Part shown: positions 15,846-26,280 of the stretch, one piece after another | Numbering within the stretch: the first letter of the stretch is position 1 | Layout: each line of letters begins with the position of its first letter | Translations under genes and position numbers: made by a program | Assembly: GCF_009914755.1 (NCBI RefSeq) | Contig: NC_060927.1 | Reading direction: 5' to 3' (one strand) | Origin: the human T2T-CHM13v2.0 reference genome, Homo sapiens | Length of the DNA stretch: 64,000 bases | The notes under the pieces: generated by a model | Told to the model about the DNA's origin: nothing | Seen by the model: only the letters and a program-made list of their open reading frames with translations | The model's database searches: none

Positions 15846-16991
15846 TTCAAGTGCTACACATATTTTTGACCACATTACTGTGACTCAGGAAGCCCAGGAA
15901 CAGAATTCTAGGCACCAGAACCATACATGTTACAGCCTCTGAGCTTTATGGCCTCTGAGCCATTTGTCCAGCCACATCATTTGCAGATGAGATCCTGAGA
16001 CTCAGGCTGGAAAAGTGACCGGGGAAAAGTCACACAAGTCAGAGGCAGAGCTGGGGTTTCCTCATTTCCAGGCCCGTATAGATCAAGACGGATGTTGGTC
16101 AAACACCTCCTAGTACTCACATGAAGAAGCTCTCCTTTCTGCTGTAGGAATGATCACACACCATTCCAATCTGGATACCAAATGTCATTGTTTATTAAAT
16201 GTGTGCAGTGTGCCAGGCATATTGTGTCATATGTTTACATGTGTCATATATTTACATTACATATGATCGCTGGTTCTTACAACAACCCTTCAAGACAGGT
16301 CATATCAAGCCCATTTTTCAGACGGGAAAAAGAGCTCAGAGGGGATGATTAGCTTGTTCAGGTTTTCCAGTTTCCTTAGGAAGTGGCAGAGCTGGATCTG
16401 AACTCTGCTTGTGACTACTTGGGGGATGGAGGAGTGAACTCCTTTTTATCAGATCCTGGCTGCTTCGGCACCAGAAGAATGCTTCTTCCCCCTCAGGCCC
16501 TGGGGGGTTCCTCTAAAGAATAGAGACTCCCGGCTTTCCATGAGACAAAAAGCAGGCAATTCAACACGGCAAGCCCTTAATATACCTGCAGGTTTCTCTG
16601 TAAGGACTGATTTAGAAAGCGGGCTCACAGCCACTGCACTGATAGCAGTTTCTATTCTAAAACCTATGGAAATTGTGAACACTTGCCCCCAAAAACTCTC
16701 CCAGAAACCTTTAGGACAGTGAGGCTGTGTTCAGAAACTAATTGCACCCATATCTGAGGAGCTACCACATGAACTTCATTATTCACAGAATCTTTATAGA
16801 GAGCTACCTTACCTCCCTGTCCCTGTCCCATATCCTTGATGAGAGTTAAAAAAAAAACTGAGAAAAAGATAAATGACAACCATTGACATGTGTCAGGTAT
16901 TACTTATAATTCCTGACAATATATACTTAATTCTATATTATATACTTAATTCGATAATACTTATGTTGTGTCATATACTGATGAATCACTC

Positions 16992-17161
16992 TTTTTTTTT
17001 TTCTTTTTATGAGACAGGGTCTTGCTCTATCACCCTGGTTGAAGTGCAATGGCAGGATCTTGCAATCTCAGCTTACTGCAAGCTCAGCCTTCCAGGCCCA
17101 AGTGATCCTCCCACCTTACCCTCCCAAGTAATTGGGACTACAGGCATGTGCCACCAGGCCC

Positions 17162-17219
<58 letters not shown>

Positions 17220-17310
17220 TGTGTGTATAGAGATGGGGTTTTTCACCACGTTGCCCAGGCTGGTCTTGAACTCCTGGGCTCAAGCAGTCTGCCTGCCTTG
17301 GCTTCCCAAC
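16992..17310 (-). mobile_element. AluJ-like element with (TG)n replacing the middle linker
   Basis: Alu arms flank a ~26-unit TG run at 17166-17218. Confidence 0.85.
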
Positions 17311-17319
17311 AGTAGCTGC

Positions 17320-17556
17320 CATCCCGGCTCACTGCAACCTCTGCCTCCTGAGTTCAAGTGATTCTCCTGCTCATCCTGCTCAGCCTCCTGAGTAGCTGGG
17401 ATTGTAGATGCGTGCCATCATGCCCGGCTAATTTTTGTATTTCTAGTAGAGACGGGGCTTTGCCATACTTGCTGAGCTGGTCCTGAACTCAGGTGAGACG
17501 CCCACTTCCGCCTCCCAAAGCGCTGGGATTACGGATGTGGGCAACCGCACCCAGCC
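17320..17556 (-). mobile_element. Tail-less Alu fragment abutting the preceding Alu
   Basis: CGGCTCACTGCAACCTCTGCC...CCGCACCCAGCC. Confidence 0.85.
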
Positions 17557-18924
17557 CCAAATTGCTCTTAAATGAATTCTCTCAGTTCCCAAATCACTCT
17601 TAAATGAATTCTCTCAATCCATTCCCCCAACAATGCTTTAAGGTAGGTAGTATTATCCTCTTCCTTTTACAGATGAGAAAACAATACCTACAGTGGTGGA
17701 ACAGCTTGCCCAAGGGCACACAGTAAGTGAATGGGCTGTGGCTTGACCAAGCGCCTGCACAGCAGCCTTGCTCTCTTTATTCTCATTGGTTGTCGTGGTG
17801 CACAGGGCTAAGCACTTGGTAGGTGCACCAAAAATGCTTGTTTACTAATTGATACCTTCCTTCCACTAAGGTGTTAAGTGTTGCTCTCCTCTACTTTACA
17901 GATGGAAAGTCAGTGTATCACCAAGTGATCCATCTCTGTGGGAATAAAAAGTATCTGTTAATTCCAGCCTCTGCACTTTGCATTAACTAAAGAGCGTCTG
18001 CGAGACTGGGAGACTGGCGCATTAGCAGGTGACTCTGTGGGCTATGAGCCTACAAGGACAGCTGCTTTACTTAGATTTATTGAGAGGGAAATGTGAAAGG
18101 CACCTAAAAGTCGGCTGACTTACCTCTTTTCCCTTCCAAACTCTCTCTGCTATGTGAATGGTCTCTGGTCTCCTGTATGGGGTGGGGGTGGGGTGAGGGA
18201 AAAGGGGAGAGGAGTAAGGGGAAGTAGAGGGAGAGGGATTGAGACTATAGTGGGTTTTTTGTTTCAAGGTGGTCCATTGCACACAGCCAAGAACTTCTCG
18301 GCTTTAAAAATTCCCTCTAATTCTTGCCAACATCTGAAATGAAATGGTAGAGGTATGAAAATAAAAAAAAAAGCAAACAAACCATTTTCCAAAGTCATGT
18401 TTAACGAGAGTAAGCCTGGGAACAAACACTTGAGGGTTTGGTGTTTTTGTTTTTGTTTTTTAAAATTGTTTTGTGCTGCTTTTCACTTGGAACATATCAC
18501 TTTATCACAAGGGACATACACATCAATCAGCTTGGTAATGAGGTTACCCCAGCTGGGGCACCCTGATAGTACAGTCCTGGTTTGGGCAGTAATTAACTAC
18601 ATGACTTGGGGTAGTGACTTAACTTATCGGCATCTGAGTGCCCATCCATGTAAAAGCTATGTGGCTACTGTCAGACGTGAGGGATGAAGACGGGTGAGTG
18701 TTTGGTGTGTGTGGAGAGGAGAGTAGGTGGAGGCATTGCAATATTGTAGATTTATTGTCACCCCTACCCACAGCGATCCTGTAGAAATTTTGCAACAGAG
18801 ATTTGCAACCTTTTTGGAGGAGAAACTATTTTCAGTTTCCCCTAGTATGTGGTAGGAATTCAGTCATTCCTCTGATTAAAATCTAAATGGCTGCCACTTT
18901 CATGATAAAGTTCACATTTCTGTC

Positions 18925-19917
18925 TTTTTTTTTTTTTTTTTTTTTTGAGTGGAGGTTTAAGAGGCAAAAGAAAAAGAATGAGAAAGGAAAACAGCTCTCT
19001 AGTGAGCGAGAGGGGACTTCCGAGAGGAAAGACCGGCTGCTGGTGGATGTGCCGGATTTTATAGTCAGGCTTGAGGAGGTGTTGTCTGATTTACATAGGG
19101 CCCACAGATTGGTTCAATCAGGTATGATGTTTACAAACTGTGCGGGCAAGCCTGGCCACCCCGCCCTAATCCCATTATGCAAATGAACTTTCCCCTTGGC
19201 CGGTGCCAACTTGTCTGCTCCTTACTGTACACGTGACTGGCAGAGAAGGGAAGAGGGAGCCGCCATCTTGAACATGATTGGCACAACTGACAGCATCTGT
19301 GTCTGCAGCTCGATTTTATAGGCTGCTCTGTGTTAGAAAGAAAAATAATTTGGGGCTGCTTTTCATCAAAAGGAAAATCTTGCCAAGGACTTCCATACCC
19401 TCACTATCTGCCTAAGTAATTTCTTCTTAACTCCTGTATCATTCCGCCCTCTGGAGTGGTAACCCTAACTGTTGTTAGGGGGTGTTGGATAAACACTCTT
19501 TCTGGCTACTTCTTGCTGAAAAGGGGCATTGTGTGGGGAACAGCAGCTAGGGCTCCTCCTGGGGTTGATTTAAGGATCCTCGGAAGAAAGGTGTGTCCAT
19601 GCATGGTTCTGTCTGAAGCAGCGTTTGGAGTTTGATTGCTGTCAGCCATTCTGATGGGTTCTAACACTGGTTTGCCTCCATTAGATGTTGCGTTTCGATG
19701 AATGTTGTACCTTGGTATCCCGGACGAGGTCCCCGATATGAAGCAGCTGTTGTCTGGGGTAAACACCTGGGGTTTGTTGTCTTGCACCAGGAACATTTAG
19801 GACACGGACACACATGAGGAGTTTAGGAGCAGAGGTTTAATAGGCAAAGGAAAGAGAAAGGAGAAAGGAAAACAGCTCTCTCTCTAGTGAGAGGGGACTT
19901 CCAAGAGGAAAACACCC
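18925..19917 (-). mobile_element. Processed (L1-retrotransposed) copy of a spliced/deleted ERV1 transcript, LTR9/HUERS-P3-like
   Basis: Minus strand: R-U5 (19911-19739), tRNA-Pro-like PBS (19736-19717), ~280-nt internal part, PPT (~19453-19442), U3-R starting TGATACAGGAG (19441-18947), A22 tail; TSD AAAGTTCACATTTCT 18907-18921 / AAAGTCCAAATTTCT 19918-19932. Confidence 0.85.
19177..19184 (+). promoter_or_regulatory. Octamer (POU/OCT4) motif in ERV U3
   Basis: ATGCAAAT, near a GC box (CCCCGCCC ~19159), CCAAT boxes (GATTGG ~19107, ~19276), YY1-like CCGCCATCTT (~19260) and minus-strand TATAAAA (19063-19057). Confidence 0.55.
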
Positions 19918-21598
19918 AAAGTCCAAATTTCTTTAACCTGCCCAACAGGGATTAAAGACAATACCACTTTAGTCATGTTTTAATTTTTTGTGTGTCTTCA
20001 GGCTTTATGTACAAGTTACCTGGATCAGATTAATTCAGCTAAAAGAGTTTTTATGAGCTCAATTAGATGGAACTTATCTTAAAATGCCCGAGGATCATCT
20101 AGATTGGGAGGTGATCCTCTGAAGCACAGATTATTACATAGCAGGTGCTAGGTTTAAGTTTTGCCCCCAAAGGACTCCCAATCTATAGCTCCAGGAGAGC
20201 TATACTTTTATTCTCAAGCCTATTTGATGTGCATGAATGCCCTTGCAGTGCTGGCGGGGTGACTTCATTAGAAGAGTTTGTCATCTCTGCACCTTGCTCT
20301 GCACTCCCATGACCTCTCATGGGGTGCTCGCAGCAAAGAGATCTTTCAAGCAGGAAAGATCTTGCTGTGAATTCACCTTGCTGTGAATGTCAGGCTCTTG
20401 GATTGAGTCCCTAAAGAAGCCCCTGACCCTGACCCTCATCTCCAGAGCCTGGGTTCCCTGGCAGTCTGCCAGGCTTCTTGGAGGTTAATTTCTGCAAGAG
20501 TGAACATACATACAATCAATTCCCAACAAGGAGACCGTTCCTGTGGCACATGGAACATGTTGTATGGGGAAGTGCAAATGTCAAGAGCCTCTGAATTGTC
20601 GAGAGAAAATGTCTTGTTCAGAGAGCGACTGCAATCCGATTCCCATCTGATTGTCTTGCATTACTCTGTTTTCTCTCTTTTGCATTTAAGTGTTTAAAAA
20701 TAAAAGTATGCAAATATGAGACATGGGCTGCTACTGTGGAAACAAAGTGGGATAATTATTACTTGGTATTCTGCGCAAAAGAAGGCTAGACAGTTTAATT
20801 CTAGAGACCTAAGTTTGGAAATTAGAAGGAATGAAAGTTAAATGGGGAAGAATATATCCTAGGATAAAAAGATCCCCAAAGTTAATGTGTCCAACATGTC
20901 CTTATTTATTCTTTAACACAATTAACAGTTGCAAATAATTTATTTTAAGAGACTGCTGATAGTAACTTGTTAACCTATAGACTATCCATCATGTCCTTGG
21001 AACACCTGAGGTGGGTTATGCCCATTTTCTGGTGATTTCGAGAGGGAATGGAAAATTTCAGTCGCCGGTTTAAGTAATGGAACCAAGAATTAAATTGCAA
21101 ATGACAAAGTATTCCCTTGGCCTGTAGCTTTGAAAGTCACTTTCCAGTACAAATGTTGCAACAACAAAGGGAGCAAGACAATTTGTTTCTTTAGGGGTAT
21201 TTATTCTCATCTCCCGTTCTGCCATTTCACTGCTATTTCCAAGGTCTGTTTGGGAGAGGAGGAGCCTTAAATGAATACACTCAACAACAGAAAAACCACA
21301 GACTGTTCGAACTGGGAGACCAAAGAGCCCAGCCTCGTCAGTGTCTGGCTAAGGATTCCGAGTCCCCAGAGGAAAAGGGACTTGCTTAAAGTCATAGAAC
21401 TGGTATGAATGGGGAATGGGGAAAGACTCAGGGAGAATGTTCCAGACAGAGGGAATACTTGTGCAAAGTCTCCAAACCTGGGAGGTGTTTGGTATGTTTA
21501 AGAACCCAGAAGAAAGCCATGTGTGGCTGGAGCACAGGGGCTGGGCAGAAGAGGAAGCTGGAGAGGAAGCCCCAGCTGGACCACAGGAGGACATCTGC

Positions 21599-21890
21599 TA
21601 TTTATTTATGTATTTATTTGAGACAGAGTCTCACACTGTCACCCAGGCTGGAGTGCAGTGGCGTGATCTCGGCTCACTGCAACCTCCCCCACCCGGGTTC
21701 AAGCAGTTCTCCTGCCTCAGCCTCCTGAGTAGCTAGGATTACAGGTGTGTGCCACCACGCCTGGCTAATTTTTGTATTTTTCATAGAGACGGCGTTGTAC
21801 CATGTTGGCCAGGCTGGTCTCAAACTCCTGACCTCGTGATTTGCCTGCCTCAGCCTCCCAAAGTGCTGGGATTACAGGCATGAGCCACCG
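21599..21890 (-). mobile_element. Alu (AluSg-like) missing its first few bases
   Basis: Ends GAGCCACCG and joins directly to L1 sequence. Confidence 0.92.
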
Positions 21891-22266
21891 CTGAAAGAGA
21901 CGGGATAAAAAAGATACTCCATGCAAATAGAAACCAAAAGAGAGCAGCAGTAGCTGTATCATTACCAGATAAGATAGACTTTATGTCAAAAACTGTCACA
22001 AGAAACAAAGGTTATTATAGAATGATAAAGGCTTCAATTCATCAAGAAGCTGTAACAATTGCAAATATATATACACCCAACATCAGAGCACTCCAATATA
22101 AAAAGTAGATATTAACAGATCTGAAGGGAGAAATAGACAGCAATACAATAATTGTAGGGTACTTCAATATCACACTTTCAACAATGGATAGATCTTCCAG
22201 ACATGAAATCAATAAGGAAACATTGGACTTGAACAGCACTATAGACCAGACGGACCTAACTGACAT
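21891..22266 (+). mobile_element. L1 ORF2 endonuclease-region fragment
   Basis: Degenerate translation LK.TG.KKILHANRNQKRA, ..TIANIYTPN, ..IIVGYFN. Confidence 0.85.
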
Positions 22267-22851
22267 CCTGGCATACCTTGGGGATATTTGGGTTCGGTTC
22301 TGACCACTGTAATAAAACAAATATCACAATAAAGCAAGTCATGAATTTTTTGGTTTTCCAGTGCATATAAAAAGTTATGTTTACACTATCCTGTAGTTTA
22401 TTATGTGTGCAATAGCAATACATCTTTTAAAAATGTACATTATTTATTTTAAAATCCTTTATTGCTAAAAAAATGATAGTGATCATCTGAGCCATCAGCA
22501 AGTTATAATCTTTTTGCTGGTGGGGGTTCTTGCCTTGATGTTGATGGCTGCTGACTGATCAAGGTGATGGTTGCTGAAGTTGAGATGGCTGTGGCAATTT
22601 CTTAAAATAAGATAACGTTGAAGTTTGCAACATCGATATTGACTCTTCCTTTTATGAAAGATTTCTCTATAGCATGTGATGCTATTGGTAGCATTTTATC
22701 CACATTATGACTTCTTTCAAAATTGAGTCAATCCTTTCAGACACTATCACTGCTTTATCAGCTAAGTTTGTATAATATTCTAAATTGTTTGTTGTCATTT
22801 CAACAAAGCATCCTTAGCAGGAGTAGGTTGTATCTCAAGAAACTATTTCTT

Positions 22852-23192
<341 letters not shown>

Positions 23193-23224
23193 TTATTTGC
23201 TCATCCATAAGAAGCAACTCCCTG

Positions 23225-23518
23225 GGCTGGGTGCAGTGGCTCACATCTGTAATCCCAGCACTTTGGGAGGCCGAGGCAGGCAGATCACGAGGTCAGGAGA
23301 TCGAGACCATTCTGACTAATACGGTGAAACCCTCTCTCCTACTAAAAATACAAAAAATTAGCCAGGCGTGGTGACAGGCACCTGTAGTCCCAGCTACTCA
23401 GGAGGCTGAGGCAGGAGAATGGGGCGTGAACCTGGGAGGCGGAGGTTGCAGTGAGCCAAGATCGCGCCACTGCACTACAGCCTGGGCGACAGAGAGAGAC
23501 TCTGTCTCAAAAAAAAAA
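23225..23518 (+). mobile_element. Alu (AluY-like)
   Basis: GGAGAATGGGGCGTGAACC diagnostic; TSD AAGAAGCAACTCC. Confidence 0.92.
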
Positions 23519-23877
23519 GAAGCAACTCCGAGCGTCACTTCTATAATAAGTCTAGTTATCTTGTTATTTATTTGTACCTCATCTGCAGGACTTCCTCCAC
23601 CCAAGTCTTGATGCCTTCAAAGTCATCCATGAAGGTTGGAACCAACTTCTTCAAAATTGGTTGTTAATGTTAGTATTTCAGCCTCCTCCCGTGAATCACT
23701 AATGTTCTTAATGGCATCTAGAATGGTGAACCCTTTCCAGAGGGTTTTCAATTTACTTTGCCCAGATCCACCAGATGTGTCATTGTCTATGAGAGCTATG
23801 GCCTTACAAAAGCTGCTTTTCTTTTCTATAGTGTTACAACCATAACACTATAGAAATCATCAAATCCAGCTATATAC

Positions 23878-24338
23878 ATATAGCTGGGCCTTGTTTTTAA
23901 TCCAATGGGCCCCTCTGTCTTTTGATTGGAAAATTTAATCCATTTACATTTAAAGTGATTATTGATTTTTAAGAATTATTATTGCTATTTTGGTAATTGT
24001 TTTCTAATTTGTAGATCCTTTGTTCCTTTCTTCTTCTGTTGCTGTCTTCCTTTGGGATTTGATGTTTTCTGTAGTGGCATTGATTTCTTTCTCTTTCTGT
24101 TTTGTGTATTTAGTGTAGGTTTTTGCTTTGCAGTTACCATGAGGCTTACCTAAAACATCTTATGGTTATAACAGTCTATTTTCAGCTGGTAACAACTTAA
24201 CTTTTATGACGTACTAAAACACTACTTTTAATCCTCCTCCCACTTTATGTTTTTGATGTCACAATTTACATATTTTCATATTGTGTATCCATTAACAAAT
24301 TATTGTAGCTATAGTTATTATTAATGTTTTTGTCTTTT
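23878..24338 (-). mobile_element. L1 fragment spanning ORF1 end to ORF2 start
   Basis: Reverse strand reads SIITLNVNGLNFPIKRQR then W.K.Q.PAI-like sequence. Confidence 0.8.
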
Positions 24339-24685
24339 CCTACCTCTTTCTAAAGCCTCTCTAATGTCTCCTCATTTCCCAAATTATGGGCCTTTGCAAT
24401 TCCTACCCCTCTTCTGACCATTGGCATCACCCTGTCTAGACTATGAGCTCATGGAAAGCAGGGGCTGAGTCTCTTTTGTGCTTGGCCCATGGAAGGTGCT
24501 TGATCAAAGTTTATTCCTTTATCCTTGTTTTTGTCTTGGGAACATTTCCGCTTCAGCCTATCCTCATTTTTGGCACAAATGATTAGAATTGCAAGAACGT
24601 CTCACTGGTTCACCTGCCTCTTTGTCTCCTGAAGGACACTAGGGTTCGGAGAGCCAATGGTCCAATCAAGTGGCCAGGCCTGTGT

Positions 24686-24784
24686 CCTCTCTTCCTTACC
24701 CCTCAGTGGGCACACTGCCCTCTCTTCCTTAACCCTCAGTGGGCACACTGCCTTCTCTTCCTTACCCCTCAGTGGGCACACAGC
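24686..24784. repeat. 33-bp tandem repeat x3
   Basis: CCTCTCTTCCTTACCCCTCAGTGGGCACACTGC. Confidence 0.95.
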
Positions 24785-26280
24785 CTCTGCCTCGGGATGC
24801 TCCTTCTGCTTTGGCTTCCTTTGCTTTGGCTTCTGCTGATTCTGTCCTTTTTCTCCAGCTTCTGCTGCAGTGGTCAGGTCTGTTGTTCTGCTGCAGTGGT
24901 TTGGTCTGCTGTCCTGCTGCAGTGGTCAGGTCTGCTGTCCTGCTGCAGTGGTCAGGTCTGCTGTTCTGTGTTCTGCTGCAGTGGTTTGGTCTGCTGTCCT
25001 GCTGCAGTGGTTGGGTCTGCTGTCCTGCTGCAGTGGTTGGGTCTGCTGTTCTGCTGCAGTGGTCGGATCTGCTGTTCTGTGTCCTGCTGCAGTGGTCAGG
25101 TCTGCTGTTCTGTGTTCTGCTGCAGTGGTCGGGTCTGCTGTTCTGCTGCAGTGGTCAGGTCTGCTGTTCTGCTCTCTCTCCTCTTGTGTCTGCTGCTTTG
25201 CGTTGGCTTCAGCTTCTGCTTTCTTCTGCCTTGTGCTTTGGCTTCTGCCTTTTCTGCTTCTGCTTTTTTCTCAGCTGCTTTTTCTGTTTCTGCTTCTCAT
25301 CCTCCCTCTACTACGACTTCCCCAACCCAGTCTTGCTCTTCCGCCCTCTCTTCCCCACTCTTCCGCCCTCTCTTCCCCCTTCTTCTGCTTCCCATGCTTC
25401 TTCTACTGCTGTCTCTGCTGGTGCTTCTTCTTAGCTGTTGCTTCTCTCTTCTGCTTCTCTTTCCTCCTGTGCTTGCTGCTTCTGCCTCTGCTTTTCCTGC
25501 TGGTGCTTCTTCTGCAACATATTCATCTACTTCTCCTTCTGCTTTTTCTTCCTTTTCCTCCTCCTCTTGCGCTTTTCCTCCTCCTCCTCCTGCCTTTTCT
25601 GCTGCTTCTCTTCGTTCTGCTGCTGCTACTTTGGCTTGTTTCCATTTCTCTGCTCTGACTTTTGCTTTTGCTGCTTCTCCTTCTGCCGCAGCTTCTCCTT
25701 CCTCCACTGTGACTATGTCTCCCTCTTCCCTCCCCACCCTGCCTTTCTCTTCCCTCCTCTTCTTTCTCCCCTTCCTTTTCTCCCCCCGCTCTTCTTCTTC
25801 AGCTCCTGCTTCTATTTTTGCTCCTTCTGCTTCTTCTCTTGCTGTTCTTGTTTCTCCTTCCAGGGTTACAACATCTACTTCTCTTCCTCTTCCTTTCTCA
25901 GTTTCTCGCTCTTCCTCTGCATCTGTGTGTGTCTGTGTGTGCAGCTTCTGCTTTCTGAGCATCTACTTCTGCTTTGCATGTTTCTGCCACTTCTCCTTCT
26001 GCCTTTCCTGCTGCTTCTGCTGCTTCCATGCCCACTTCTTCTTTTCTGCCTCTGCCTCAGCGGCTGCTGCTGTTGCTACGCCTTCCTTCTTTTTTTCTTC
26101 CTCCTCTTCCTCTTCCTTCATCTTCCTCTCTTCTGTGGCCTTTGCTTCTGGTTCTGCTTTTTCTGCTCACTTTCCTTCTCCTCCTGCTCTGTCTTCTCCT
26201 CCTCCTGTCTTCTTCTTCTCTTCCTCCTCTGTTTTCTCCTCCTTCTTGTCTTCCTCCTCCTGCTGCTCAGTTTTGAACAT
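24785..26280 (-). other. Purine-rich, triplet-periodic tract with a broken Glu/Ala/Lys/Gly-rich reading (possible fossil coding exon)
   Basis: Minus strand dominated by GAA/GCA/GAG/GGA triplets; 221-aa ORF 25297-25962; register shifts and stops. Confidence 0.45.
24862..25168. repeat. 26-bp minisatellite x11; three units carry a 7-bp extension
   Basis: Unit CTGCTGCAGTGGTCAGGTCTGCTGTY; CTGTGTY added after units 4, 8 and 9. Confidence 0.95.

Noticed and set aside
19506-19796. 96-aa ORF in the ERV retrocopy as an accessory protein
   Set aside because: It starts in U5 and runs through the PBS, and I see no recognisable homology
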